A stretch of 64,000 bases of DNA from an uncultured Phycisphaerae bacterium (GCA_963767465.1 CAVYDW010000004.1:59176-123175), one strand, 5' to 3'. Counted from the stretch's first letter, positions 1 through 12,902 are shown. The notes: a model not told the origin generated them from the letters alone. Numbers and translations are program-made.

Positions 1-960
1 GAGCAGCTCAAGCGCCTCGACCTGGCCAAGCCCGATCAGCAGCAGATGAAGATCCACAGCAAGATCTACGAGGTCGACGGCTGCCTCTACTTCGTGAGCA
101 TGGACGAGAAGGGCGAGGACGAGAAGAAGCTCATCCAGCCCGTCTTCGGCAGCCACTTGTGGCGCTACAAGCTCGCGGACAACACGTGGGAGCACCTCCT
201 GAGCATCCCGGAGGCCATGGTCAGCATCGCGGTCGGCGGCGGCAAGGTCTACACCTTCGGTTACTGGGACCACATCCTCTACCAGTATGACATCGCCACC
301 GGCGCCTCGAAGTCCGTCAAGGTCGGCACGTGCTTCGGGCACGTCAGTCGCAACGTCATCGCCGACGCCCGTGGGCACGTCTACGCGCCGCGCTGCCAGC
401 TGGCGGGCGGCCTGCCGCAGGCCTGCCTCGTCGAGTTCGACGACCAACTCAAGGAGGTCGGGGCCTCGCCGTTGCCGCTGTACTACAAGATGTCCGCCAA
501 CGACTCCTACGGGATCACCGCCCTGCAGCCGCTGGCCGATGGTGCCATCGCCCTGCTGACGCACAACGGCTATCTGTCGATCATCCGGCCCAGCCTGGAC
601 GGCCCGGCCAAACTCGACAACGTCGGCTGGTTCCACCCGGATGGCCCGGAGATGGCCGACTCGTTGTTCCTGGACAAGACCGGCCGATACCTGATGGGCG
701 CCGTGATGAAGCGGGCCGGCACCACCGACTGGGTGACCTACGACCTGCAGACCGGGAAGCGGACCGTCGCGCCGTTGACCGACAGCGATTCCTCCCTGCC
801 CTCCTGGGGCCGTGCGGGCCTGTACGGCTGCCAGACCCAGGACAACCAGGGCAACTGCTACATCGTTGGCTTGTCCATGCAGAAGCCGGACACTCGGCCG
901 CTGGTGCTGCAGGTCAGCCCGACACTGCCGCCGCCCGGCGAGTCCGACGCGGCCAAGTAG
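1..960 (+). CDS. hypothetical protein, N-terminus outside the window
   Basis: Frame 1 is open from nt 1 (first ATG at 46) to TAG 958-960. GC3 bias matches neighbouring genes. Recurring Gly-aromatic strand motifs (KVYTFGYWD, GHVYAPRC, GNCYIVG) hint at a beta-propeller-like fold. No family recognised. Confidence 0.55.
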   Translation, partial: EQLKRLDLAKPDQQQMKIHSKIYEVDGCLYFVSMDEKGEDEKKLIQPVFGSHLWRYKLADNTWEHLLSIPEAMVSIAVGGGKVYTFGYWDHILYQYDIATGASKSVKVGTCFGHVSRNVIADARGHVYAPRCQLAGGLPQACLVEFDDQLKEVGASPLPLYYKMSANDSYGITALQPLADGAIALLTHNGYLSIIRPSLDGPAKLDNVGWFHPDGPEMADSLFLDKTGRYLMGAVMKRAGTTDWVTYDLQTGKRTVAPLTDSDSSLPSWGRAGLYGCQTQDNQGNCYIVGLSMQKPDTRPLVLQVSPTLPPPGESDAAK

Positions 961-1163
961 GCCCAGCAGCGAAACGAGCCCATAGGGATCGATAAGCAAC
1001 CCGGACCATAGCTGAATACTATCCGGGTTGCAGGGTGCCACGCCTGCGGTACTTGCAGAAGTACAGGGCGACAGGGCCGGGTAGCATGATCCTGCAACCG
1101 TCGTCTGGTCGCGGGGCCATGGTTCCTTCGTCGAACGGACCACCAGAACAGGAGCGCAATCCA

Positions 1164-1698
1164 ATGACCATCTTCGACGCCGCAGGTGATCGTGTCGGCA
1201 TCCGCCGCCCGACCGCGCAGGACTGCGATGAGTTCATCCAACTCATGCAGGTCAGCCGGCAGTTCCATCTTCCATGGCTCGACCCGCCCAAGGCCGCGGA
1301 AGCATTTGACGGCTACCTCCGCAGCCGGCAGGAACCGTGGGATGCCGGGTTCCTCGTCTGCTGCCGGCAGTCAGGCCGCATCATGGGTGTGATCAACATC
1401 AACTGCATCGTTGGCGGCTTTTTCCAAAGCGGCTACCTTGGTTACTACGTCGGAGCGCCGTATGCCGGGCAGGGGTACATGACTGAGGGGATGCGGCTGG
1501 TGACCCGCTACGCCTTCGCCGAGATGAAACTGCATCGGCTGGAGGCGAACATCCAGCCGGGGAACTGCGCCATCCATCGCCCTGGTCCGCAAGTGCGGCT
1601 TCCGCAAGGAAGGGTTCTCGCCGCGCTACCTGCAGGTCCTCGGCCAGTGGCGCGACCACGAGCGGTGGGCGCTGCTGGCGGATGACCCGTGCTGTTGA
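1164..1698 (+). pseudogene. GNAT-family N-acetyltransferase (RimJ/RimL-like) with one apparent frame break near 1572
   Basis: AGGAG lies about 10 nt upstream of ATG 1164. GYLGYYVGAPYAGQGYMTEGMRLVTRYAFAEMKLHRLEANIQPGN reads in the frame of ORF 1035..1685. The canonical family C-terminus SIALVRKCGFRKEGFSPRYLQVLGQWRDHERWALLADD then continues in the +1 frame to TGA 1696-1698. Confidence 0.8.
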
Positions 1699-1725
1699 TG
1701 GACGGAAGTCTGATTGGCCGGATGG

Positions 1726-4700
1726 CTACGACAGCGGCCTGGCCAGGCGCCGGCGGGCCCAGAGGTGATTGGGGTTCAGGTGCACGGCCTGCTCGAACTC
1801 GCCGCGGGCGGTGCCGGGATCGCCCTGGCCGGCTGCGCCGCAGCCGAGCAGGTAGTGGGCTTGCGCCTGGCGGACGGCTTCGCTGCGCCGGATACCGAAC
1901 TTCTCGAAGAAGTCGACAGCTGTACCGGCGAGCATGTCCCGGCCGAGACGAATGAGCTCCTCGAAACAGGCAGTCGCCTCGGCTTCCCGGCCGAGCCGGC
2001 GGTGGGCAAGCCCCTGGTAGTACGGCAGGTCGGTGCCCTTTCGGGCCTTGAGGGCCGCGCGTTCGAAGGCAGCGCGGGCCTGTGCCGCCTGGCCGAGCGC
2101 TTCATGCGCGGTGCCGATGTGATACCACACCTCGGCGGCCCGGCCGCCGTCGTTCGGCTCGCCGACCTCGAAGCGGTCCGGGTACTGGGCAGCCAGCAGG
2201 TACTCCGCCAGTGCCTCCTCGTGCCGGCCGACGGCAGCCAGGTCCTCGCCCTTGAGCAGGTGCGCATCGACGTGAATATCGTGGACGGAGTGCTCGCCGC
2301 CCTCCCAGATGTGGAAATGGCGGCTGTCCAGCAGGGCGATCGCCTGATCGCAGCGCCCCGCGAGCAGGTACAGCCCCGCCTGGCGGGCGACGAGGTAGTC
2401 CCGCTGCGCGACGACCGGCTGGTTGGCCTCCAGCAACGATAGGCGCTCATCGGCGGAGGCCGCGTCGGCCTCGAGAAGATGGTCGAGTTCGAGGAACAGC
2501 CGCGGTTGGCGACGGTTGCATTCGATCGCCTTCCTGTAGGCTAGCGATGGCGCGGCGGCGATCGGGATCCAGCCGGGCATAGGCGAATCCCAGGTTGCGG
2601 TGCGCCAGCCAGAACGTGTCATCCAGTTCCCGCGACCGCTCCCACACACGGACCGCCTCGGTTGGCTGCAGGTCGTACAGCAGGTCGCCGAGGTAGTAGT
2701 GCGCCCGGCTGTCGGCGGGGTTGCGGGCGATGGCGGCGCGGAGCCAGGCGGCGGACTCGATGCGGAAAAGGAAGCAACGGTCGGCGGGCACTTCCGCCGC
2801 CAGGCGATACTGCTCCCGGGCCAGCTGCGCCTGGCCAGCGCGCTCGTGGCAATAGCCGAGGGCGTAATGGACGACCGGGTCCTTCGAATCGGCGCCGTGC
2901 GAATCGGCCAGCCGCCTCAATACTGCGATCGCCTCGTCCCACAGGCCGCACGCCTCGTAATCACAGGCCAGCTCCAGCCATGTTTCGGCGTCGTGCATCG
3001 GGCTTGCGGGTTCGTGACGTTGCTGCCGCGACGCGCCATACTGCTCGGGGTGAACCAGCGAGAGGCGACGTTCGTTTAACGCCCACCGGTCCAGCGGATC
3101 GATCTGGAGCGTGGCGGCCGTCAGCGCCAGGGCCTGATCGAGCCTGCCGCTCTTCCTCAGGACCACCGTCTTGACATTCAGGGCCCGGGTGTTCAGCGCG
3201 TTGCACGCCAGCGACTGGTCGATCAACTCCAGCGCCCCGGGCCAATCCCCTTCGCGGCACGCCATCTCCGCCAGGACCTGAAGACTCGCCGCCCGCCACG
3301 CCACGCTCCAGGCCGCCCGTTGCAGCCAGTCGCGGGCCTCGGCCGTCTTGCCCTGTGCCTTGAGCGCCACGCCGAGGTAGTACAGCGCCTCGCCGTCGCG
3401 GGGCCGGGTGTAGTTGCGCGTCAGCCGGTCGACCACCGCGCGGAGTCGCTCCTGGGCCTGCTCGAACATCCCCCGCGTGCAGTAGAGGACGCCCAGGGCC
3501 GTGTTGGCGCGGACGTCGCCCGCGTCGCGGCGCAGGGCCTCCTGGTAATAAGGCTCCGGCTCAGCTGCGGGACTGTGGAACTGCTCCAGCCGCAAACCGG
3601 CCAGGTACAGATCCTCATTGCTCGCGAGATCCTTGGGAGGCGGCGGGGGCTCGACGGGCCGGGGCATCGGTTCGCACCGCGCGAGCGGTGGGCTGATAGG
3701 CGATCATCTCCTGGCCCGAGGGCAGCAGCAGCGACATCCGCAGGTCCTCGACCGCGACCCCCGGCGCAAGAGACAACTCCCTGGCAAACGGCCTGGCTGG
3801 CCCGATCCCCACCTGCTCCTGCAGGAGGACCTTCTGGCCCGCCCGCAGCAGCACCGTCGCTACGTCAATGTCGCGAGTGGCATTAACGGCCAGGCGACAG
3901 GTGCCACGCCTATCGACCTCCAGGTTGACAGCCGCGTCGCGGTTGGCGTTCTTGACCCCGCTAAGGTCGCGGACCGGGTACCAGTATTCTGTAATCACTT
4001 TGGTCTCGTACGGCTGGATCCAGGAGTAGTCCGGCTGGTTGTCGGAGTACGCCCCGGCCATCAGTTCCAGGTACGGCCCGTCCGTGTCGGTCAGGATCTT
4101 GTCCCACATCCGCCCGGCGGCGCCCGTTGCCGAAGGTGAAGAACTTCTTGCCAGGCACGGCGTGGTGGTCGGCGAAGTGGACGATGCCCGCCCGCCGGCC
4201 GTGGTCGTAGCCGCCGAAGAAGTCCTCCCGGCTGTCCAGGCGAAGATCGACAGCGGGTCCGGGTGGTTCTTCCACCACGACACGTCCACGCCCGCGTAGT
4301 CCACGCCCGCGTAGACGCCGTCGGCGATGGGCCAGCGGACGAACTCGCACTTGGCGTGCTGCGTGCCGAACTCGCGTCGCGGGCGGGAAGATCACCTGGT
4401 AGTCGTCGTTCACGTGCACGGCCAGGTTGGTAAAGCACAGGAAGGAGTGGGCGTACGGCGTGCGGTTGAACAGCTTGATCGTGACCTCCAGGTACGACCG
4501 GTCCGGCTGCAGCGTCAGGCCCACGATCCACTTCATCCGGTGCCGCCGCTCGATCTCGCCCATCCAGAGCGTCTTGCTGCCGTCGGCGTTTTCGACCACC
4601 TGCCAGTCGATCGGCATGAACGTGCTCGGTCGGTGATGGTGCGGGATGTCCCACTCCACGCCGCCGGAGATCCACGCCCCCAGCATGCCGATCAGGGCGG

Positions 4701-5004
4701 GCTTGACCACGTGCTGGCGGTAGATGAAGTCATAGCCGTTCGTCTTGTCCAGGCCCGAGAAGATCCGCCCGCCCATTTCCGGCAGCACGCACAACTGGAT
4801 GTACGAGTTCTCCAGCCAGATCGCCCGGTAGGTGCGGTCCTCTCGCCGCTCGCTGAGCCGATCCTGCAGCGGGTACGGGTAGACCGGCCCCTTCGCCCCC
4901 TGGTAGCCCCGGCCGGCGTAGAACATGGGACAAGGTTCGGACTCGCCTACGGGATAGGTGGGGATGGTCAACGGTTCCTGGCGGATAGTCACCTCGGCGG
5001 CCAT
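1726..5004 (-). pseudogene. DUF5107-type N-terminal domain fused to a long TPR region (about 1090 aa if repaired), with five apparent frame breaks
   Basis: LPEMGGRIFSGLDKTNGYDFIYRQHVVKPALIGMLGAWISGGVEWDIPHHHRPSTF matches the DUF5107 signature as I remember it. The protein continues sensibly only by hopping frames near 4380, 4235, 4120, 3690 and 2530 (pieces in ORFs 3961..5004, 3615..4304, 2447..3667, 1726..2649). The C-terminal two thirds are TPR-like (ALYYLGVALKAQGKTAEARDWLQRA etc.). Confidence 0.8.
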
Positions 5005-5112
5005 GGCGGTCCTCCATCGTGCCGCCCGATTATCGCACGATCAGGCGGGCTGACAACCCTTCGACATGCAGGTGTTGGCTGCTGACGGCTGACCGCTGAC
5101 CGTTGACCGCCG

Positions 5113-6073
5113 TCACACGTTCGGCACGCCGCGCCGAATCGCCGGCCGCTTCGCCGTCGGCAGGAACTCCAGCGAACCGTTGAACAGGTAGTGGCAGAAG
5201 TACCAGTCGGGCCAGCCCAGGGCCTTGCGGTTCAGGTACTCCTCCCGCCGGGCCTGCTCGAGGCCCTCCGGATCGGCCGGATCGTTGATCCACGGGTAGG
5301 TGTACACGTGGTGCTCCCACACGTAGTAATTGCCGATCGCGTTGGCTTCCTTCTCAAAAAAGTAGCAGTGCTTGCACTTGGCCTGGCTAGGGCAATCCGG
5401 AAGGCACAGGGATGTTCCGCGTGCTGGGCGGCACGGGTTTGCCGCCCACTTCGTTCCACTGCCGCAGCGGAAAGGCAAAACCGACCTGCTTGCCGCCCCG
5501 GGTGCCCACAACCGAGAACGGCGGCGATGGCGGCTTGGCCACCGCCCAGGTCAGATCGCGCACCTCGACCGGCGTCACCTGCCCACCCTTGTGGATCTGG
5601 ACCACCGTGTCTGGCGTCGCCTCGCCCCGCAGGGAAGGCTGCTGCCCGCCGGCGAAGGCAGCGGCGTTGTCCACTACGACGAACGGCTCGCCATCGCGAA
5701 CAACCAGAATGTACGCCGTCATCGCGTTGATATCCCCCAACGACGGGCGCAGCTGGGCCGGACCCGTCATCATCCCAACCACAGCCCGGCGCATCCCGTG
5801 CAGGTCCATCTGCGTCAGGCCTTCGTCGAACAACGACCCCCGCACTCCGTGGCAGCGGGCGCAACTCCGCTCGAACTGCACGACCGGCCCGGGTCTCAGA
5901 TCGACCAGCCCCGTTGCCGCCTGCCACATACCCGGCGGACCCGCCGGGGCGACCGGCCTGACCTCCACCGGCGCCGGCAACGGAGCCGCCTGCCGCGTGC
6001 CGCACCCGGCCGTCCCCAGCGCCAATACCGCGCCCGCGCCGACGGCCCAACATAGGAGTGTGTGGTGTTTCAT
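5113..6073 (-). pseudogene. lipoprotein with one CxxCH haem-c motif; one apparent frame break near 5400-5450
   Basis: GGGGAG lies 4 nt before ATG 6073. Lipobox in MKHHTLLCWAVGAGAVLALGTAGC, and a CARCH motif. ORF 5387..6085 stops while ORF 5113..5511 carries a well-behaved C-terminus (KCKHCYFFEKEANAIGNYYVWEHHVYTYPWINDP...). Confidence 0.5.
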
Positions 6074-6141
6074 GGTTCTCCCCACTCACTGTACTTATAG
6101 GTACCCGAAATGCCCCGGACAAACGGACCGCCCGCGGCGCT

Positions 6142-6651
6142 TCACAGCCCTAGCAGATCCGCATATGCCCCTTCGACAAGGTCATCCGGCTGTATACCCA
6201 GCGCAGTCATCAGGTCCTCCGCAATCCGCCGGCCGTCCTCGGGGGCCTGATCCTCCCGCAGCACGACCTCCAGTTCGATGAACCGGCCCAGCTCCTCAAC
6301 CTCGTCGAAGTGAATCCGTGTCTGGCCAAGCAGGTACAAGTCCCGCTGCTTGCGGACGACGCCGCGGACGCCCAGGCTCGCCGCCAAGGCCGCCCGCAGG
6401 CCCGCCGGGTCGGTCGTGCGACTGATGCTGTAGCGAGATTGTTTCGGACCCGGAGAGTCCGGTCGATCGTAGGCAATCAGCTCGCCTGCCGTCGGGGAGA
6501 AGACTCTGAGCTTGAGCCGGCCGGTTCGGGCGTGGAAGAACACGTCCTCCTGGGCGATCCGTTGAGCACTCCTGGCGCTGAGGGTCTCGGCCAGATGCCG
6601 CTGGCGGTCCCAGTCACCGGCACGGGCCTTGATCTCGATGTTGGCAGGCAT
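6142..6651 (-). CDS. CYTH-domain protein, class IV adenylate cyclase (CyaB)-like
   Basis: N-terminal MPANIEIKARAGD (EIK motif) and GRFIELEVV strand signatures are typical of CYTH/CyaB. ATG 6651 is preferred over the upstream in-frame start at 6741. Confidence 0.7.
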   Translation of the reverse strand: MPANIEIKARAGDWDRQRHLAETLSARSAQRIAQEDVFFHARTGRLKLRVFSPTAGELIAYDRPDSPGPKQSRYSISRTTDPAGLRAALAASLGVRGVVRKQRDLYLLGQTRIHFDEVEELGRFIELEVVLREDQAPEDGRRIAEDLMTALGIQPDDLVEGAYADLLGL

Positions 6652-7015
6652 GGTTGTCTGAACCCCTTGGGCCCCAATCCGAATGGCAACAATATCAAAT
6701 TCGAACTCGGTTGCGCTATGACGGTAAAGTCTTATCGGCAATCGTCTTACGCGCAGCTATGGAGACAGAATGATCGACTCGGCACCGGCCCTGCTGAAAG
6801 ATACCCGGTGTCGAGAGTTATAGGCCTTTGAGGTCGCAAAGCGCCACGAAGTGCGCGCCGTGCTCGCCACAAATCATTAATGTGGCCGCGCATTTCGAGT
6901 ATACTGTGGCGCATGTCGATGTTGTAGTCTGCGGAAACCTGACGGGCAACGACGGGGACGCCGGTGACTCGGTGATGCGGTTCGGCCCTGACAGGACGGT
7001 TGTGGAGGACTCGCT

Positions 7016-9539
7016 GTGAGAAAGATTTGTTTCGGATTGTTCCTGGTTATTTGTGTGTCATTTGCGGCCGGCACCGGCTGCCCAGGTAGCGGCGATCCAA
7101 CGGTCTCCTTGAGCGTCGACAACAGCACGATCAACATGAAAGGCGGCGTGGCTACCGTGACGGCCACCCTCGATTCGGTCACGATGCAGCCGGTGACGGT
7201 CCACCTGGCCTACAGCGGCACGGCCGTATCGGGCCATGACTACACCCGTTCTTCAATGACGATCACGATCCCCGCCTTGAAGACCTCCGGCACCGTGCGG
7301 ATCTCCGGCATCGCCGACACCAGCAACGAAGGCGACTGCACCGTCATCGCCCAGATCGTCTCGGTCACCAACGCCACGGCCGGCGACCCCTCTAACGTCA
7401 CCGTTACGCTGACGGCTGACCCGTCGGCCAGTCCGCTCACCGTGGCCCTGTCCCTGGCCGATGCCAGTGGCACCGCCTTCACGGGAACGGAGGCCTCGCT
7501 TGCCGAGAACGCCGGGCAGGTCGAGGTGGTGGCCCAGCTCTCGGCCGCGGCGCACCACGACGTCACGCTGGACCTGGCTCTGGCGGGCACGGCGGTCCAA
7601 GACACGAACTACACCGTCAGCGGGACGCAGATCAGCATCCCGGCCGGCAAAACGCAGGGCTCGGTCACCTTCACGGGAAAGGTTGTGGCCGGTTACAACA
7701 ACGGCCTGACGATCGTGGTGACGATCGCCTCGCTGACCGGCGCGGCGGAGGAGCAGACCAACGGCGCGGGCCAGCAGTTGACGATCGACCTGGCGGATTC
7801 GGAGACGCCCCCCACGATGACCCTGGCCGTGTCGCCCGCGACCATCGCCGAAAACGGCGGCGTCGCCACCGTCACCGCCACGCTCACCCAGGCGATCCTG
7901 GTGGACGCAACGGTGACGTTCAGTTTCAGCGGCGCAGCCGTACAGGGCACTAACTACACGGCCAGCAGCTCCAATCTCGTCATCCCGGCGGGACAGACAA
8001 CCGGGACCCTGACGCTGACCGGCATAGACGACGGGGTCTACACGGGCGACCAGGCGATCCAGATGCAGGCGGGAGCAGTGAAGAACGCCAACCCGTCCGG
8101 GAACGGGCAGTTGAGCGTGACGATCAAGGAGAGCCTGCCGCCGCCGTCGGTGACCTTCACCCCGAACACCTTCGTACTGGCCGAGAATGGCGGCGAAGTC
8201 ACGCTGAGCGCGACGCTGTCGGCCGCGATCGGCGTGGACACAGCCATGTCGGTGACTACCTCCGGCACGGCGGTGCAGGACACTGACTATACCCTGTCGG
8301 CGGCCGGCATCACAATCCCGGCCGGGCAGCTGGTCGGCACGGTCACGCTGACGGGCATAAACGACAACGTCTACGAAGGCTCGAAGACGATCATCGCCGC
8401 CCTGGGGACGCCGTCCAATGGGGTGACGCTCCCCGGCGGCGCCAGGAGGCCGTCGGCAGCATCCAGGACTCGCTGCCGCAGCCGACAGTGACGCTGTCCC
8501 TGAGCGGGTCCCCCTTCGCCGAGGCCGGCGGAACGGCGCAAGTAACCGCCACGCTTTCGAACCTCACCTACCAGGATGTCACGGTCAACCTGGGCTTCAA
8601 CCCGGCCTCGACCGACACAGCCGTCAAAGGCACGGACTATCTTGTTTCGGCGGAGACGATCACGATCCCCACGGGCAGCCTGTCCCGGGCCATCACGCTG
8701 ACGGGCGTCAGCATCGCCGGAGACCAGGGGAGTCGGACGATCACCGTAAACATCACGACTGTGGTCAACGCTACAGCGAACGGTACCCAGCAGGTGACCG
8801 CCGTGGTGAGCGACATCCTGCCGTCGGTGACCTTCACGCAGTCCGGCTCGCCGATGGCCGATCAGGCCGGCGCGACGGCCACCGTTTCGGCGACGTTGTC
8901 CAAGACGAGCGCGACCGACGTGACGCTCGGCTTCACCTTCGGCGGCAGCAGCACGAAGGACACGGACTACACGGCCACCGCTACGCAGATCCTGATCCCG
9001 GCGGGGCAGACCACCGGCAACTCAATCACCCTGACGCTCCAGGGCAACAACAAGTACAACCCCCCCAGGACGATCGCACTGACCGCTCAGCAGCCGTCCA
9101 CCGTCACCTTTGCCGCGTCCAACCAGGCGACGATCGATCTGAGCGCGACCACAGACCTGCAGTACAAGGCCAAGGGCGAGGCGTGGCTGGCCCAGAACGC
9201 CACGCAGCCCGGGGTCGTGGTCCTGGCGGACGGCCTGCAGTACAAGGTCATCAATGCCGGCGACGGGAGCCCCGCCCAAGACGACCGACCTGGTCTACGT
9301 CAAGTACACCGGCACGCTGATCGACGGCACCGTCTTCGACAAATCCGACGGCGTCGCATTCCCTATGACCGGCGTGATCTCTGGCTGGACGGAGGCCTTG
9401 CAGGCTGATGTCGCTGAATGCCAAGTGGACGCTCTACATCCCGTACGACCTGGGCTACGGGCTCAGCGGAAAGTCTCCGAGCATCCCACCGTATGCCGCC
9501 CTGATCTTCGAGGTCGAACTGCTCGGAATCCAGTCCTAG
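7016..9539 (+). pseudogene. Calx-beta-like repeat lipoprotein with C-terminal FKBP-type peptidyl-prolyl isomerase domain, paralogue 1; three apparent frame breaks
   Basis: GTG 7016 follows GGAGG; lipobox FAAGTGC. Six ~100-aa repeats follow the pattern [13 protein letters not shown]...GTAxxGxxYT...IPAGQTxGxxTLTGIxD. FKBP motifs are present ([51 protein letters not shown]). Alignment to the intact neighbour shows frame breaks near 8440, 9272 and 9400. Final stop is TAG 9537-9539. Confidence 0.8.
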
Positions 9540-9630
9540 CAGCGGCGGAATCCGGTGGGGAGGCTTCTTCACGGCTTCGCGCAAGGCGCGGGATTGTCTT
9601 GTTTGAGAGTTGGCAGGTGGAGGATGCAAC

Positions 9631-12600
9631 GTGAAACGTAGTGCACTGGCCGTGTTGTCGGCATTGACGATGGTGCTGGTTGGTGGCGGCTGCCCCTTGT
9701 CGCTCCTGGACAACAACACCGTAGTCAACGTGGTCGAGAATACCTTGACGCCGTTCGTCGTCTTGAGCGTGTCCGCCGCGGCGGGTCATACACCCGCATC
9801 CACGGCCGCCATTTCCGAGAACAATGGCCAGGCCACGGTAACGGCATCCCTGTCCGGGGCAGCCGCCGCGGATGTCACCATCGACCTGGAGTTCTCGGGT
9901 ACGACAGGCACGGCCGATTACACCCCAAGTGCGAACCAGATTGTGATCCCGGCGGGCCAGACCAGCGGATCGATCACCCTGACGGCCGTTCAGGACACCG
10001 TGTATGAGGGCAGCGAAACCATCACCGTGGGCATCGCTTCGGTGACCGGCGCCGTCGAGGCCAGTACCGGCCAGCAAGTCACCATCACGATCACCGATGA
10101 CGAGCAGGCCCCCACCGTGGATCTCTCGCTGACCGGGTCCCCTCTGGCCGAGAACGGCGGCGTGGCCACCGTCACCGCGACCCTCTCGAACGCGTCCACT
10201 CAGCCCGTGACGGCCAGCCTCGACTTCGGCGGCACGGCCGCCACGAGCGACTATGTCGCCTCGGCCACCCAGGTAACGATCCCCGCGGGGCAGACGAGCG
10301 GCAGCATCACGCTGACCGGCATCGCTGACAACGTCTACGAAGGCGATAAGACAGTGATCGTCATCCTGGGCGGTGTGACCAACGGCACGAGGGGCACCAC
10401 GACCCAGGTGACAGCCACGATCAATGATAGCGCTGCCCAGCCGACCGTTTCGCTGAGCCCGGCTGCTGCGACGATACCCGAGAATGGCGGCCAGGCGACC
10501 GTGACAGCGACCCTCTCGGAGGCCTCGTCCAAGCCAACGACAGTGAGTCTCGCCTTCACCGGGACGGCTACGGCCAGCGACTACACCCACTCGGGCAGCC
10601 AAATCGTGATCCCGGCCGGCCAGACCACCGGGACCCTTACTATCACCAGTCTCGATGACACGATTTACGAGCCCGACGAGACGATCATCATCGACATCAC
10701 GGGCGTGACCAACGCCGCGGTGGGCGCGACCGGGCGGACGACCATCACCATCCTGGATGACGACCCCCCGCCGACCGTCTCGCTGAGCCTGAGCGGTTCC
10801 CCGCTGGCTGAAAACGGAGGCATCGCCACGGTCACAGCAACGCTGTCGGCGATCTCAGGATTTGCGACCACCGTGGACCTGGGCTTTGCCGGCACGGCCG
10901 GTAGCGGCGACTACAACTCTTCGGCCAACCAGATCGTGATCCCGGCCGGGCAGATCTCCGGCAGCATCACCTTGACTGGCATTAGCGACACCCTGGACGA
11001 AGGCGACGAGACGATCATCGTGTCCATCACGGGCGCAACGAACGCGACGGTCGGCGCCACGTCGCAGGTCACCGCCACGATCCACGACAGTGCCCCCTCG
11101 CCGACACTCACGCTGGCCGTGGACAACACCACGATCGCCGAAAGCGGCGGCGTGGCCACCATCACCGCGACCCTCAGCAAAGCCGCCTTCGCGCAGGCGG
11201 AGATCCCGTTCACGTTCTCCGGCACGGCCGTGAAGGACACCAACTACACCGCCAGCGACACGAAGATCGTGATCCCGGTGGGGCAGACGACGGGCACACT
11301 CACGCTGACGGCCGTGAACGACGGGATCTACCGCGGCGACCTGTCCATCACGGCCAGTGCCGGCACGCCCCAGAACGCGCAGCCGGCCTCCGGCCAGACC
11401 GGGCAATTGACCGTCACGATCCACGAAGCCCAGGCTGTCCCGTCGATCACGCTAAGCCCGGCGACATTCGTGCTGCCCGAGAACGCCGGCACGGCCTCGC
11501 TGACGGCGACGCTTTCGGGGCCGGTCGGCCAGGATACGAACGTCTCGTTCGGCCTCGCCGGCACGGCCACTAACGGCACGGACTACACGGTCTCGGCGAC
11601 CTCGATCACAATCCCTTCGGGTCAGTTGAGTGGCTCGATCACGCTGACAGGCGTGAACGACACCACGTACGAAGGGTCCAAGACAATCATCGTGAGCATC
11701 ACCGGCGTCAGCGGCGGCGTGACCGTCGCCGGCGGGGTCCAGGAGGCGGACGGAACCCTCATCGACTCGCTGTCGGTACCGAAGGTGACGCTGTCGCTGA
11801 GCGGGTCGCCCTTCGCCGAGGCCGGCGGCGCGGCCCAAGTCATCGCCACGCTGTCCAACCGTACCTACGTGGATGTGACCGTCGCCCTGGGGCTCGGCGG
11901 TACAGCCGTGCAGGATGCCGATTACACCGCCTCGGCTGCACAGGTCGTGATCCCCAAGGGCAGCCTGTCCAGGGCCATCACCCTCGTCGGCGCCAGCAAC
12001 CCCGTGCCCGTGGGCGACAAGACCATCGTGGTGGACATCACCGCCGTAACCAACGGCGTGGAAGACGGCGTACAGCAAGTCACCGCGACGGTCACCGACA
12101 ACCTGCCCATGGTAACGCTCTCGAAAACCGGCTCGCCGATGGCCGATCAGGCCGGCACGACAGCCACCGTTTCAGCCACGATGTCCAAGGCATCTGCGAC
12201 CGACGTGACGATCGGCTTTGCCTTCGGCGGCAGTGCCACCAAGGACACGGATTACACGGCCAGCGACACGCAGATCGTCATCCCGGCCGGCCAGACCACC
12301 GGAAACTCGATCACCCTGACGCTCATCGGCAACAACAAGTACAACGCCCCCGGAACGATCGTCCTGACCGGTCAGCAGCCCCCCAATGCCACCTATGCAG
12401 GATCCAACCAGGTGACGATCGACCTGAGCGCGACCACAGACCTGCAATACAAGGCCAAGTGTGAGGCGTGGCTGACCCAGAACGCTACGCAGGCGGGCGT
12501 GGTCGTCCTCCCGGACGGCCTGCAGTACAAGGTCATCAATGCCGGCAGCGGGGACCCGCCTAAGCTAACGGATCAGGTCTACGTCAAGTATACCGGCACA

Positions 12601-12825
12601 CTGATCGACGGCACCGTCTTCGACCAGTCCAGCGGCGCCACCTTCAACGTGACCGGCGTGATCGCGGGCTGGACAGAGGCCCTGCAATTGATGCCGCTGA
12701 GCGCCAAGTGGATGCTCTACATCCCGTACGACCTGGCCTACGGGCAAAATGGGAGCTCTCCGACCATCCCGCCGTATGCCGCCCTCGTCTTCGAGGTCGA
12801 ACTGCTCGGGATCCACTCTCCGTGA
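9631..12825 (+). CDS. Calx-beta-like repeat lipoprotein with C-terminal FkpA/Mip-like FKBP PPIase domain, paralogue 2 (intact)
   Basis: GTG 9631 lies 6 nt after GGTGGAGGA (the ORF track starts at TTG 9610). Lipobox LVGGGC. Eight Calx-beta-like repeats. C-terminus reads [12 protein letters not shown]...[16 protein letters not shown]...[13 protein letters not shown]...YIPYDLAYG...[16 protein letters not shown]. The last third is near-identical on visual alignment to 7016..9539. Confidence 0.85.
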   Translation: MKRSALAVLSALTMVLVGGGCPLSLLDNNTVVNVVENTLTPFVVLSVSAAAGHTPASTAAISENNGQATVTASLSGAAAADVTIDLEFSGTTGTADYTPSANQIVIPAGQTSGSITLTAVQDTVYEGSETITVGIASVTGAVEASTGQQVTITITDDEQAPTVDLSLTGSPLAENGGVATVTATLSNASTQPVTASLDFGGTAATSDYVASATQVTIPAGQTSGSITLTGIADNVYEGDKTVIVILGGVTNGTRGTTTQVTATINDSAAQPTVSLSPAAATIPENGGQATVTATLSEASSKPTTVSLAFTGTATASDYTHSGSQIVIPAGQTTGTLTITSLDDTIYEPDETIIIDITGVTNAAVGATGRTTITILDDDPPPTVSLSLSGSPLAENGGIATVTATLSAISGFATTVDLGFAGTAGSGDYNSSANQIVIPAGQISGSITLTGISDTLDEGDETIIVSITGATNATVGATSQVTATIHDSAPSPTLTLAVDNTTIAESGGVATITATLSKAAFAQAEIPFTFSGTAVKDTNYTASDTKIVIPVGQTTGTLTLTAVNDGIYRGDLSITASAGTPQNAQPASGQTGQLTVTIHEAQAVPSITLSPATFVLPENAGTASLTATLSGPVGQDTNVSFGLAGTATNGTDYTVSATSITIPSGQLSGSITLTGVNDTTYEGSKTIIVSITGVSGGVTVAGGVQEADGTLIDSLSVPKVTLSLSGSPFAEAGGAAQVIATLSNRTYVDVTVALGLGGTAVQDADYTASAAQVVIPKGSLSRAITLVGASNPVPVGDKTIVVDITAVTNGVEDGVQQVTATVTDNLPMVTLSKTGSPMADQAGTTATVSATMSKASATDVTIGFAFGGSATKDTDYTASDTQIVIPAGQTTGNSITLTLIGNNKYNAPGTIVLTGQQPPNATYAGSNQVTIDLSATTDLQYKAKCEAWLTQNATQAGVVVLPDGLQYKVINAGSGDPPKLTDQVYVKYTGTLIDGTVFDQSSGATFNVTGVIAGWTEALQLMPLSAKWMLYIPYDLAYGQNGSSPTIPPYAALVFEVELLGIHSP

Positions 12826-12902
12826 TGCGCGGCGTCGGCCCTGTCAGGCAGTGCCGCCGGTACCCTCATCGGCGCCTCCTGGTGCCATCGGCTGAACCCC
12901 GC

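Noticed and set aside
7016-12825. A strikingly periodic sequence that could be mistaken for a DNA tandem-repeat array or CRISPR-like structure.
   Set aside because: The period is about 300 nt, the units are diverged at the DNA level, and they are in frame in one long ORF encoding Calx-beta-like protein repeats. There are no short identical direct repeats with unique spacers anywhere in the window.
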